A DNA stretch of 43,784 nt from Hyphomicrobium sp. (GTDB taxonomy: Bacteria > Pseudomonadota > Alphaproteobacteria > Rhizobiales > Hyphomicrobiaceae), in assembly GCA_031375665.1 (NCBI GenBank), contig JANMII010000045.1, positions 1 through 43,784 of the forward strand, written 5' to 3'. Below the pieces are notes generated by a model. It was not told the DNA's origin and did no database searches. It was given only the letters and a program-made list of their open reading frames with translations. The translations under genes and the position numbers were made by a program. This document shows, in pieces, positions 21,597-30,615 of this stretch. Each line of letters begins with the position of its first letter. Within the stretch, counting starts at the first letter, position 1.

Positions 21597-22613
21597 ATGG
21601 CAACCGACCCCGACCAATTTCCATCCCAGCAAGCTCTACCCTCGCAGCCGCTGCCGCCCGACAACGTGGTCATCGTCTTTCGGACCGATCGTTCAGCAGT
21701 GCGTGGACGGTTGGTCCGCATGGGCAAGAGTGTCGACACAATTATCCGTCGTCACGACATGCCAACGGCCGCCAGTCTCGCGCTCGGCCAAGCGGTGACG
21801 CTTGCTGCGTTGTTCGGTTCGGTGCTGCCGGCTGATGGAAAAATCATTCTACAGACGCGCACCAACGGCGCCGTGTCGTTTATCGTCGCCGACTACGATG
21901 CGCCGGGGCGGGTTCGCGGTTACGCCCGCTATGATGCAGCGGCCCTCGCTGCCATGACCATCACTGATGCGCAGACCTCGCCAGAAATCTTATTCGGCGA
22001 AGGTCACCTTGCAATCACTGTTGATCAGGGTGATGCAAGCGAGCGCTATCAGGGTGTTATTGCGCTTGATGGTGTTTCGCTGGAACAGGCAGCGAGCGCC
22101 TATTTCGAGCAGCGTGAAGCCGTCTCGACGTTTGTCCGGCTCGCGGTCGCTGATACCTACAGCAAGGTTCGCGGCGATCCGCTCAGTGTGTGGCAATGGC
22201 GAGCTGGCGGCTTGATGATGCAGAGCATCGCAGCCCGGCCGGAAGACATTGAAGGCGATGAAACGATCGCAACCGACGACAACCTCGATCCGCACGATCC
22301 TACCGAGGCTTGGAACCGCGTTCGCATTCTGTCCGAAACGGTCGAACATCACGAATTGTTGGACGAAACCCTGTCGCCCGAACGCCTGCTGCTTCGGCTT
22401 TATCATGAAGAGGGCGTGCGAATTGAGCGCGTGCTGCCGCTGGCAACGTATTGCCGTTGTTCACGGGACCGCGTGTTCGACGTGTTGCGCAGTTTTGGCG
22501 CAAAAGAGCTCGCGGATATGCGCGACGACGATGGCAAGGTCGCTGTTAAATGCGAGTTCTGCGCGACGAGTTACGCTTTCGCGTTAAGCGAGATCGACGA
22601 GCCGCAGCCGTAA
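21597..22613 (+). CDS. hslO: Hsp33 redox-regulated chaperone
   Basis: RYQGVI, AGGLMMQ and C-terminal CRCS..CEFC zinc motif; conserved argF-hslO synteny. Confidence 0.93.
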   Translation: MATDPDQFPSQQALPSQPLPPDNVVIVFRTDRSAVRGRLVRMGKSVDTIIRRHDMPTAASLALGQAVTLAALFGSVLPADGKIILQTRTNGAVSFIVADYDAPGRVRGYARYDAAALAAMTITDAQTSPEILFGEGHLAITVDQGDASERYQGVIALDGVSLEQAASAYFEQREAVSTFVRLAVADTYSKVRGDPLSVWQWRAGGLMMQSIAARPEDIEGDETIATDDNLDPHDPTEAWNRVRILSETVEHHELLDETLSPERLLLRLYHEEGVRIERVLPLATYCRCSRDRVFDVLRSFGAKELADMRDDDGKVAVKCEFCATSYAFALSEIDEPQP

Positions 22614-22637
22614 TCGTGATTGACGTCGACGCGGCGC

Positions 22638-23165
22638 TTATTGCGTGCGGCGCGCTTTCTTGGCGTCGTCGAGGTCTTGCGGACCCTCCTCTGCCTTCTT
22701 ACCCGACACGTCGTACTCGGTTTTCGAGCGCGCGCCGGCAATCTGAGCGCCGCTCAGCGAACAGGTCTTGGCGCTATCCATCAGCGTGAAAGCAGGGTTC
22801 GGCTTGTCGATGAACTCGCCACGAGCAACTTTGCCATCGCCGTTGGCGTCATAATATTTGGTATCGGCGGTGACGAACATCCGATCGACGGCGACGATGC
22901 GTGGCCATTCCGATGCATCAACCATGTCATCGCGGTTGGCGTCCGCGCCATTGAACAATTCGGCGGCGTAGGCTTTCCATTCTTCGCACGTCACGATGTT
23001 ATCGCGATTGCTGTCCCAGCTGCCAGCTGCGATCAAAAACACCCGATCGGTATCTGAAACTTTGTTCGAGCCGATTGAGCCAATCGATGACAGCGGTGAC
23101 GTTGAACATGCAGCCAACATCAAAATCGACGGAATCGTTAGATAAGCGCGCGTGCGGGACATCAT
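22638..23165 (-). CDS. EF-hand-containing lipoprotein
   Basis: Lipobox LAAC; EF loops DSNRDNIVTCEE, DANRDDMVDASE and DANGDGKVARGE. Confidence 0.8.
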   Translation of the reverse strand: MMSRTRAYLTIPSILMLAACSTSPLSSIGSIGSNKVSDTDRVFLIAAGSWDSNRDNIVTCEEWKAYAAELFNGADANRDDMVDASEWPRIVAVDRMFVTADTKYYDANGDGKVARGEFIDKPNPAFTLMDSAKTCSLSGAQIAGARSKTEYDVSGKKAEEGPQDLDDAKKARRTQ

Positions 23166-23582
23166 GGGCCGTCGACTTTCAAACAGAGACGCTCAAACAG
23201 TGGCTTTCGAACAGACGCTTTCAGACAATGTGCGGATCGCAACACGCGACGCGCGCACGAGTGGTAGCGCTAGAAATGCGGCGATCGAACAGCCGCATGA
23301 CAGAAAAGCGTGCATCACAATAATCAACGATCGATGTGTCGCCTAGACGTCACAGGTCGTCGGGCATGATTGAGGCGGAGTTCGACGCTTTGCGGTTCAC
23401 CTGCAACCTGATGCTTTGACCCTGCGGATTTAACCATAAGATTGGTGCTCGACGTGACGGATCTGAAACGAAACATCTGCCGCGACCGACTTCGTTTCAT
23501 CTTCTGACCCGCCGACTTTGCCCTATTTTGGGACCTAGGGTCAAAACGTTGGCCTCACAACGACAGGATTGAAGTTGCACCC

Positions 23583-24245
23583 ATGACGCCAACCTCATCT
23601 CAACGCTTAGGTGCCGAGGCCATCGGCACAGCCCTTCTGCTGACGGCTGTGGTCGGCTCCGGCATCATGGCCGACAAACTGTCGGGCGGGAATGTCGGCC
23701 TCGCATTATTGTGCAACGCAATCGCGACCGGTGCAGCGCTCTTCGTGTTGATTACAATTTTCGGTCCAGTGTCCGGCGCCCATTTCAATCCAGCGGTCAC
23801 GGCCGTCATGGCCACGCGCGGCGATCTGAGATGGTCGGAAGCGGTTCGCTATTTTGCTGCGCAGATTGCGGGCGGCATCGTCGGCGTCATCGCCGCCCAC
23901 GCCATGTTCGAGCAACCTCTCCTGCAGGTGTCAGTGACGGCGCGATCTGGATCGGGGCAGTGGATCGCGGAGTTCATCGCAGCTTTTGGTTTGTTGCTGA
24001 CGATCATCGGCACGGTGCGATTTCGCGCCGACGCAGTTGCCACAGCCGTCGCGCTCTACATTGTCTCGGCGTACTGGTTCACCGCGTCGACATCGTTTGC
24101 AAACCCAGCCGTGACCATCGCGCGGTCATTGACCAACACGTTTGCTGGCATCGCGCCAAGCGATATTGCGATGTTCATCGTTGCGCAGATGCTAGGGGCG
24201 TTTGCAGCGGCCGCACTTGCCAAGTGGTTATTTGGCCGAGCTTAG
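23583..24245 (+). CDS. MIP/aquaporin family channel (AqpS-like subfamily)
   Basis: SGAHFNPAVT and ASTSFANPAVTIAR; VVGSGIMA N-terminal signature. Confidence 0.92.
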   Translation: MTPTSSQRLGAEAIGTALLLTAVVGSGIMADKLSGGNVGLALLCNAIATGAALFVLITIFGPVSGAHFNPAVTAVMATRGDLRWSEAVRYFAAQIAGGIVGVIAAHAMFEQPLLQVSVTARSGSGQWIAEFIAAFGLLLTIIGTVRFRADAVATAVALYIVSAYWFTASTSFANPAVTIARSLTNTFAGIAPSDIAMFIVAQMLGAFAAAALAKWLFGRA

Positions 24246-24258
24246 CGGCCAAGATTAT

Positions 24259-25431
24259 TTAAGCCGGGCTCGCGTTTTCGGCCCAGTCTGCAAGCCGCAG
24301 CATGAAAGCCATGCAGGCATCGATCTCGCTTTCGGCGATCCACTCGTTGGCGGTGTGTGCCTGCGCAATGTCGCCGGGTCCACAAACCACCGATGGCGAT
24401 CCGGCGTCTTGAAAAAGACCGGCTTCGGTCGCGTACGAAACGGCGGCAGTGCCGTTTTGACCGGCAAGTTTCATGGCGAGCGTTACAACTTCAGATCCTG
24501 ATTCGGCACCAAATGGCGGCACAAAATTCGCGCGCGTGATCGTAATGTCCGCTTCAGGTGCCACCCGGCGCATCTCCGGCAAGCAGGCCGTTGCGGCGAA
24601 GGCTGCAATCCGGCGCTCGATTGCGTCGATGTCGAGGCCGGGTGTGGCGCGCACTTCAAATCCAAATCGGCACGTCACGGGGATGATGTTGGATGCCGTG
24701 CCGCCATCGATTTTGGTGACTTGCAGTGATGCATACGGCGGATCGAAGCGTTCATCTCGCGCTGCCAGCTTCAGTTCGGCCTCAAGGCGGTCAAGTTCGC
24801 TGATCATGCGGGCAGCGTACGTGATTGCGTTGATACCTAACGGCGCCATGCTCGAATGAGCAGCGCGGCCGGTGATTTCGACGTGCCAGCGGACCGGGCC
24901 TTTGTGGGCATCGACGACCTGCATCGATGTCGGCTCGCCAACGATGACGAGGCGCGGCTTGGGCAATCGTTTGCCGAACTCGGCAATCATCGGTCTAACG
25001 CCAATGCAGCCGATTTCTTCGTCGTATGAAAACGCGATGTGGATTGGCGTAGTCAGTCGCCGCCGTTTGAACACTGGGACGGCTGCAAGCACACACGCGA
25101 TGAAACCTTTCATGTCGCTGGTGCCGCGGCCATACAGACGGCCATCGGCGGATCGCAACGTGAAAGGATCGCTGTCCCAGGTTTGACCGTCGACCGGCAC
25201 AACGTCGGTGTGGGCTGACAACGCGATGCCGCCGATGTCATGGGGGCCGATCGTGGCAAACAAACTGGCTTTTTGGCCATCGTCTGTTGTGATCCGGTCC
25301 GACAGAACGCCATGCTGGAGCAAATAATCTTCGATGAAATCGACGATCTTCAGATTGCTCTTGTGGCTTGTCGTATCGAACGCGACGAGGCTGCGCAGCA
25401 GGTCGATCGGTTGTGATTTCGGGCCCGGCAT
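24259..25431 (-). CDS. argE: Acetylornithine deacetylase (M20)
   Basis: HTDVVP, GRGTSDMKGF, SYDEEIGC, GEPT and AHTANE motifs. Confidence 0.92.
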   Translation of the reverse strand: MPGPKSQPIDLLRSLVAFDTTSHKSNLKIVDFIEDYLLQHGVLSDRITTDDGQKASLFATIGPHDIGGIALSAHTDVVPVDGQTWDSDPFTLRSADGRLYGRGTSDMKGFIACVLAAVPVFKRRRLTTPIHIAFSYDEEIGCIGVRPMIAEFGKRLPKPRLVIVGEPTSMQVVDAHKGPVRWHVEITGRAAHSSMAPLGINAITYAARMISELDRLEAELKLAARDERFDPPYASLQVTKIDGGTASNIIPVTCRFGFEVRATPGLDIDAIERRIAAFAATACLPEMRRVAPEADITITRANFVPPFGAESGSEVVTLAMKLAGQNGTAAVSYATEAGLFQDAGSPSVVCGPGDIAQAHTANEWIAESEIDACMAFMLRLADWAENASPA

Positions 25432-25492
25432 GTGCGTGCTGATGTCTTTGCGTGCGCGCCGCTGGATCGTGCGCTGCGTTTGTTTACGGCTG

Positions 25493-25945
25493 TTAGTTCA
25501 TGCTGCGCTGTGTGTAGGGGCTATCGAGCGAAAATGCCGGGATCGCGACATCGAACAACGTGCCGCCAGTGTCCGACATTTGATAGCTGCCCACCATTAT
25601 GCCTTGCGGCGTTTTCAGCGGGCAGCCCGAGGTGTAGTTGAAGCTTTCGCCAGGCGGTATCACCGGCGTTTGACCGACAACACCTGGTCCGCGCACTTCT
25701 TCCGTGCGACCAAGCGCGTCTGTGATGCGCCACGACCTGGTTTTCAATTGCACCGGCTCGTCGCCGTCGTTGCTGATCTCGACGGCATACGACCACACGA
25801 AATGGCTGTCTTCTGGCGACGATTGATCTTCCATGTAGCGTGGCTCGACGCGAATGCGAATGCCGCGCGTCACCGCGTCATAGCCATGCGGCTCGGCCGG
25901 CTTTTGCAATTTTTTCTTGGCCACGGGGTCGGTACTTTTCGCCAT
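25493..25945 (-). CDS. apaG: ApaG protein
   Basis: W.ITD..G..EEVRGPGVVGQTP..YTSGCPLKTPQGIMVG. Confidence 0.95.
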   Translation of the reverse strand: MAKSTDPVAKKKLQKPAEPHGYDAVTRGIRIRVEPRYMEDQSSPEDSHFVWSYAVEISNDGDEPVQLKTRSWRITDALGRTEEVRGPGVVGQTPVIPPGESFNYTSGCPLKTPQGIMVGSYQMSDTGGTLFDVAIPAFSLDSPYTQRSMN

Positions 25946-25963
25946 CGGTTTGATTCAATCCGT

Positions 25964-27190
25964 TCAGCTTCGCGCTGCTTTCATTGCGGTTGTTAGATCG
26001 TCGGCCAAATCGTCCGCCGCTTCAAGGCCGATCGACAAGCGGACGATCCCGTCGGTAATGCCAAGCTCACCGCGTTGCTGCGGCGTTAACCTGAAGTGTG
26101 TGGTGGTTGCCGGATGCGTAACGAGGCTTTTGGCATCTCCCAGATTGTTGGAAATGCGGATCAGTCGCAGCGCGTTGAGGGCTTTGAAGGCTGCGGCTTT
26201 ACCGCCGTCGATTTCAAACGCGATCATCTGACCGCCGCCCGGCATTTGCGCGGCCGCCAGTGCGGCCTGCGGGTGATCGGCACGGCCAGGATAAATGACG
26301 CGGCGAACATTGTCGAAGCCTGCGAGGTGATCGGCCATCAGCGCAGCGGTCGCGCATTGCGCCTTGACCCGAATGGGCAGCGTCTCAAGTCCTTTCAGCA
26401 TCACCCACGCGTTGAATGGGCTGAGTGATGGACCGGTTTGGCGCACCCAATCTTGCACATATTTGGTGATGAACTCGCGGGACGCGAGCACCGCGCCACC
26501 GAGACAACGACCTTGGCCGTCAATGTGTTTGGTCGTCGAATAGACGACGATGTCGGCGCCGAGCGCCAATGGCCGCTGCAGCATCGGCGTCGCGAACACA
26601 TTATCGACGACCGTCAAAATGCCGTTGCTCTTGGCTATGGCGCAGACCGCTTTGATGTCGACCAGATCGAGGTTGGGGTTCGACGGCGTCTCAAAGAAGA
26701 ACATTTTGGTGTTGGGCTGAATCGCCGCCTGCCATTGCGCGAGATCACCGCCATCGATCAGCGTGCAGGCGATGCCAAAGCGCGGACACAGCGTTTCAAC
26801 AATGTAACGGCACGAGCCAAACAGCGCGCGGGCTGCGATCACGTGATCGCCGGTTTTGAGATACGACAGCATCGACGCTGCGACGGCTGCCATGCCGGTG
26901 GCGGTGGCGCGGCAATCTTCAGCGCCTTCCAGCAACCGCAAGCGGTCTTCAAACATTGAGACTGTCGGATTGCCGAACCGCGAATACTGGTAGCCCGCAT
27001 CTTCTTGTTTGAAGCGCGCTTCCGCCTGCTCGGCGCTGTCGTAGACGAAGCCCTGCGTCAGAAACATCGCTTCAGATGTTTCACCAAATTGCGACCTCAG
27101 CGTGCCGCCGTGAACTAGCGTCGTCTCGGGGCGCCAAGCGGCGTTGTGATTGGGAAACTTATCGCCAGCGCCTGCCTTGTCCGTCGTCAT
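25964..27190 (-). CDS. metZ: O-succinylhomoserine sulfhydrylase
   Basis: RSQFGETSEA, YSRFGNPTV, STTKHIDGQGR and NNLGDAKSL motifs; preceded by a SAM riboswitch. Confidence 0.95.
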   Translation of the reverse strand: MTTDKAGAGDKFPNHNAAWRPETTLVHGGTLRSQFGETSEAMFLTQGFVYDSAEQAEARFKQEDAGYQYSRFGNPTVSMFEDRLRLLEGAEDCRATATGMAAVAASMLSYLKTGDHVIAARALFGSCRYIVETLCPRFGIACTLIDGGDLAQWQAAIQPNTKMFFFETPSNPNLDLVDIKAVCAIAKSNGILTVVDNVFATPMLQRPLALGADIVVYSTTKHIDGQGRCLGGAVLASREFITKYVQDWVRQTGPSLSPFNAWVMLKGLETLPIRVKAQCATAALMADHLAGFDNVRRVIYPGRADHPQAALAAAQMPGGGQMIAFEIDGGKAAAFKALNALRLIRISNNLGDAKSLVTHPATTTHFRLTPQQRGELGITDGIVRLSIGLEAADDLADDLTTAMKAARS

Positions 27191-27215
27191 GTCAGCAAAC
27201 GCCTTTCGCGCCAAT

Positions 27216-27270
27216 AAAAAAGCCCGGTTTCCGAGCGGTGCCTATGGGGCACCGAAACGGGAAGCCGGGC
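27216..27270 (-). terminator. Terminator-like hairpin between the SAM-II aptamer and metZ
   Basis: Minus strand GCCCGGCTTCC..GGTGCC-CCATA-GGCACC..GGAAACCGGGC-TTTTTT. Confidence 0.7.
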
Positions 27271-27291
27271 GCGGTAAACCTAGAGCGCACT

Positions 27292-27355
27292 CGGCCTCTT
27301 TAGCGACTTGTTTAACGTGGCTGCAAGCCGGCCGGCCAAAGGACCACGAACGATG
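27292..27355 (-). ncRNA. SAM-II (SAM-alpha) riboswitch
   Basis: Minus strand CGTGGT..TTTGGCCGGCCGGCTTGCAGCCACGTTAAACAAGTCGCTAAAG matches the SAM-alpha consensus; upstream of metZ. Confidence 0.92.
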
Positions 27356-27432
27356 CTCCGGGGATTACCGGTCACAACTCTTGGCGTCAAGGGTGGCATC
27401 GGCTAGAGCGGCTTAAGGAAATCGAGGATCCC

Positions 27433-28596
27433 ATGGCCAAAAGCGGCGCGAAACCTTCATCGGACCCGGCCAAACTTCACCTAGGCAGCGGAGCAGCCAA
27501 CTCTGATGCGCCATCGAAAGCCGTTGGTATTTTGCCGTCGCAAGCGATCGCTCGCCTGATCGCCGACGGTCACGTCATGCTGGCTGAACCTGTAGCCGAC
27601 ACACAGCTCCAACCCGCCAGCCTCGATCTGCGCTTGGGCGCGGTTGCCTACCGCGTTCGCGCCAGTTTTTTGCCGCAGCCTGGCACGCGCGTGCAGACCA
27701 AGCTCGATGAACTGGCACTCCATACCATCAGCTTGAGCCAAGGCGCGGTGCTTGAAACCGGCTGTGTTTATATCGTGCCTCTGCTCGAAAGCCTGGCTTT
27801 GCCTGAGCACATCGAAGCCTCCGCCAATCCGAAAAGTTCAACCGGCAGGCTCGATGTCTTTACGCGTGTGATTGCCGACGGCGTTGCGGCCTTCGATCAA
27901 GTGCCGGCCGGATACACGGGGCCACTTTATGCTGAGATTTGTCCGCAGACGTTCCCGATCGTGGTGCGCAAAGGTTCGCGCCTCTCGCAAATTCGTTTCC
28001 GCGTCGGTGCGGCGGCCAGCTCGGACGTGCAACTGAAAGATTTGCACCGCACCGAAAAACTGATCTCGGGCGACGTCGCGGATATTTCTGGCGGCATTGC
28101 GCTGTCGGTTGATCTTGTGGGTGATGCGGGTGGGCTGATCGGCTACCGCGCCCGCCGCCATACTGGCGTCGTCGATGTCGATCGCCCCGCAAGCTGTCCG
28201 GTCGAGGACTACTGGGACCCGATTTTTGCGCGCGGCAAAAACCGCCTGATCCTCGATCCTGATCAGTTCTATATTTTAGCTTCAAAAGAAGCCGTCCACG
28301 TTCCGCCGACGTACGCGGCTGAAATGGTGCCGTTCAATCCGCTGGTCGGAGAATTCCGCGTCCATTACGCGGGCTTCATGGATCCAGGCTTTGGCCACGA
28401 TGCGGCTGGCGGCAACGGGTCGCGCGTCGTGCTCGAAGTTCGCTCACACAAAGTGCCGTTTATCCTGGAGCACGGCCAAATCATCGGCCGTTTGATTTAC
28501 GAGCGGATGACTGAAACGCCCGACATCATTTATGGCCGCGATCTGAAATCGAATTACCAGGGACAGGGCTTGAAGCTATCGAAGCACTTCAAGTGA
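27433..28596 (+). CDS. dcd: dCTP deaminase (alphaproteobacterial long form)
   Basis: QPASLDLRLG, ANPKSSTGRLDVFTR, GEFRVHYAGF.DPGFG and SNYQGQGLKLSKHF motifs. Confidence 0.95.
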   Translation: MAKSGAKPSSDPAKLHLGSGAANSDAPSKAVGILPSQAIARLIADGHVMLAEPVADTQLQPASLDLRLGAVAYRVRASFLPQPGTRVQTKLDELALHTISLSQGAVLETGCVYIVPLLESLALPEHIEASANPKSSTGRLDVFTRVIADGVAAFDQVPAGYTGPLYAEICPQTFPIVVRKGSRLSQIRFRVGAAASSDVQLKDLHRTEKLISGDVADISGGIALSVDLVGDAGGLIGYRARRHTGVVDVDRPASCPVEDYWDPIFARGKNRLILDPDQFYILASKEAVHVPPTYAAEMVPFNPLVGEFRVHYAGFMDPGFGHDAAGGNGSRVVLEVRSHKVPFILEHGQIIGRLIYERMTETPDIIYGRDLKSNYQGQGLKLSKHFK

Positions 28597-28653
28597 CGGT
28601 TTATCTGACGACGCCGCGCTGACAATGCCGATTGCTTGGCGGTACGATCGCCG

Positions 28654-28980
28654 CTATTTTTTCTTGGTCTTTTCGCTGGCTTTCAAGACCGAGGCGATAA
28701 CGCCCGGAAAGCGCTTATCGAGTTCCGCGCACCGCAACGAGTTGACGACTTCGGTGCCGCGCCGCTCGGATCGGATCAAGCCGGCCTCGCGCAAAACCTG
28801 GAAATGATGTGATTGGGTCGATTTCGGCAAGTCGGCTGGCGCGGCCGTTGAGCAATTCATACCGCAAGTGCCTCCAGCCAACCGCTTGATGATTTCAAGG
28901 CGCGTTGGATCGGCTAGCGCATACAGCACGCTTTCAAGCGATACGTCATCGACAGCTGGATGCACGAAGGGTCTTTGCAT
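28654..28980 (-). CDS. ArsR/SmtB family transcriptional regulator
   Basis: ALADPTRLEI, KSTQSHHFQVLREAGLI and LDKRFPG motifs. Confidence 0.92.
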   Translation of the reverse strand: MQRPFVHPAVDDVSLESVLYALADPTRLEIIKRLAGGTCGMNCSTAAPADLPKSTQSHHFQVLREAGLIRSERRGTEVVNSLRCAELDKRFPGVIASVLKASEKTKKK

Positions 28981-29011
28981 TGCGATTACCTAACTACGGA
29001 AAGCTCATAAA

Positions 29012-29040
29012 TCAATAGTTCAGCAGTCTTGAACTATTGA
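29012..29040. promoter_or_regulatory. Probable operator of the ArsR-family regulator
   Basis: Perfect 11-bp inverted repeat TCAATAGTTCA-N7-TGAACTATTGA between the divergent regulator and SDR genes. Confidence 0.75.
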
Positions 29041-29131
29041 ACTACGCCACCTAAGTCCACGGCGCGCCGCCGCGTTATCAGTTTCGTGCGCCGCCACGTC
29101 GTCGATCAACCAAGCTCGGGAGCAACGTCGT

Positions 29132-29929
29132 ATGTCACAAACCACCACGGATCAAACGCTCACACAGCCACTTGCCGGAAAGGTTGCGCTCGTCACTGGT
29201 GCCAGCCGCGGCATTGGCCGCGCGATTGCCGAAACGCTCGGTCGTCAGGGCGCGCTCGTCGCTGTTCACTATGGCAAAAGCAAATCGGCCGCTGAAGACG
29301 TCGTCAATTCGATTGTGGCTGACGGCGGACGAGCGTTCTCCATCGGCGCCGATTTGTCGGCCAAGGGCGCTGCCGCCACTTTATTTGCTGCCCTGGACCA
29401 AGAGCTCACCACGCGCACAGGGGCCATAGCCTTCGATATTCTGATCAACAACGCTGGAATTGCGCCGTTCGTCGGTTTCGCCGAGACCACGGAAGACGTG
29501 CTCGACGACATCTACACCGTCAACGTCAAGGCGTTGTTTCTGATCACTCAAGAAGCCGTCAAGCGACTGCGCGAGGGTGGTGGAATTGTTTCAACATCTT
29601 CGATTGTAGCCCGCGCGCCAGCCGCATTCGTGCCAGCTTATTCGATGCTGAAAGCGCCAATCGACAACCTAACGAAGGCGCTCGCCGTCGAGCTTGGCCC
29701 GCGCAACATCACCGTCAATGCGGTCGCGCCGGGTATCATCGATACCGACATGACGGAATTCGTCCGGACAGGCGATGGTGAGGCGATGGCCTTGTCGAAG
29801 CAAGCCCTGAAACGCATTGGCAAGCCACAAGACGTTGCAGACGTGGTTGCCTATCTCGTTGGTCCGGGATCGCGCTGGGTCACCGGCAGTATTATCGACG
29901 TTGGCGGCGGCAGCGTGCTGACCTTCTAG
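29132..29929 (+). CDS. Short-chain dehydrogenase/reductase
   Basis: TGASRGIG, NNAG, YSMLK (YxxxK) and VNAVAPG motifs. Confidence 0.95.
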   Translation: MSQTTTDQTLTQPLAGKVALVTGASRGIGRAIAETLGRQGALVAVHYGKSKSAAEDVVNSIVADGGRAFSIGADLSAKGAAATLFAALDQELTTRTGAIAFDILINNAGIAPFVGFAETTEDVLDDIYTVNVKALFLITQEAVKRLREGGGIVSTSSIVARAPAAFVPAYSMLKAPIDNLTKALAVELGPRNITVNAVAPGIIDTDMTEFVRTGDGEAMALSKQALKRIGKPQDVADVVAYLVGPGSRWVTGSIIDVGGGSVLTF

Positions 29930-30045
29930 CTGTCAGGCTTGCCCGCAGCTGCTGCCACCGCGCGTCGAGCGGCAATGGCTCGGTCAAAAATCCAAGCAAA
30001 ACGGGCGCTTTTGTCGCTTGGTTGGCTGATGGCTTTTTGCTGGCA

Positions 30046-30128
30046 TTCAAGAAATACGTGTTTTTTGGCCACAAAACGCGTCTTTCTTGAAAAGAACTCT
30101 AGAAAATCCCCGCAAATAGGGGTTTTCT
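30046..30128. repeat. Long imperfect palindrome plus a second hairpin upstream of HU
   Basis: TTCAAGAAATACGTGTTTT-TTGGCCAC-AAAACGCGTCTTTCTTGAA (arms match 17/19); AGAAAATCCCC-GCAAATA-GGGGTTTTCT. Confidence 0.75.
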
Positions 30129-30183
30129 GCGCAGCGCGCTGTAATGTCGGGCGCACATTCGATTCGTAAGAGGGACACGTCAC

Positions 30184-30534
30184 ATGGCTAAAGTCGCAGC
30201 AAAAGCACCGGTCAAAGCAGCAGCAAAAACGGCTGCTAAAGCTCCGGGCGCCAAAATTGAAACCGTCACACTGAAGCATATCGCGGCAGCTCTCGCTGAA
30301 GCGCACGAGATCCCAAAGAAGCAGTCGATCGCGCTGCTCGAAGATCTCGTCGCAACCATCGCCAAGCACCTCAAGAAGGGCGCACGTATCCGTATTGGCG
30401 GTCTCGGTGTTCTGCAGGTTCGCAAGCGCGCAGCCCGCATGGGCCGAAACCCAGCAACGGGTGAAGCCATCAAGATCAAGGCATCGAAGAAGATTGCCTT
30501 CCGCGCCGCCAAGGAATTGAAAGAGTCTGTCTAA
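30184..30534 (+). CDS. hup: HU family DNA-binding protein with Lys/Ala-rich N-terminal extension
   Basis: IGGLGVLQVRKRAARMGRNPATGEAIKIKASKKIAFRAAKELK. Confidence 0.95.
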   Translation: MAKVAAKAPVKAAAKTAAKAPGAKIETVTLKHIAAALAEAHEIPKKQSIALLEDLVATIAKHLKKGARIRIGGLGVLQVRKRAARMGRNPATGEAIKIKASKKIAFRAAKELKESV

Positions 30535-30572
30535 GACTGTTTCGCTATCCGAATGTTCGCGTGTTTCGCAAG

Positions 30573-30600
30573 AAGGCTGCCGTCATGGGCAGCCTTTTTT
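30573..30600 (+). terminator. Intrinsic terminator after HU
   Basis: AAGGCTGCC-GTCATG-GGCAGCCTT-TTTT. Confidence 0.85.
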
Positions 30601-30615
30601 GTTGTCGTGAATGAT

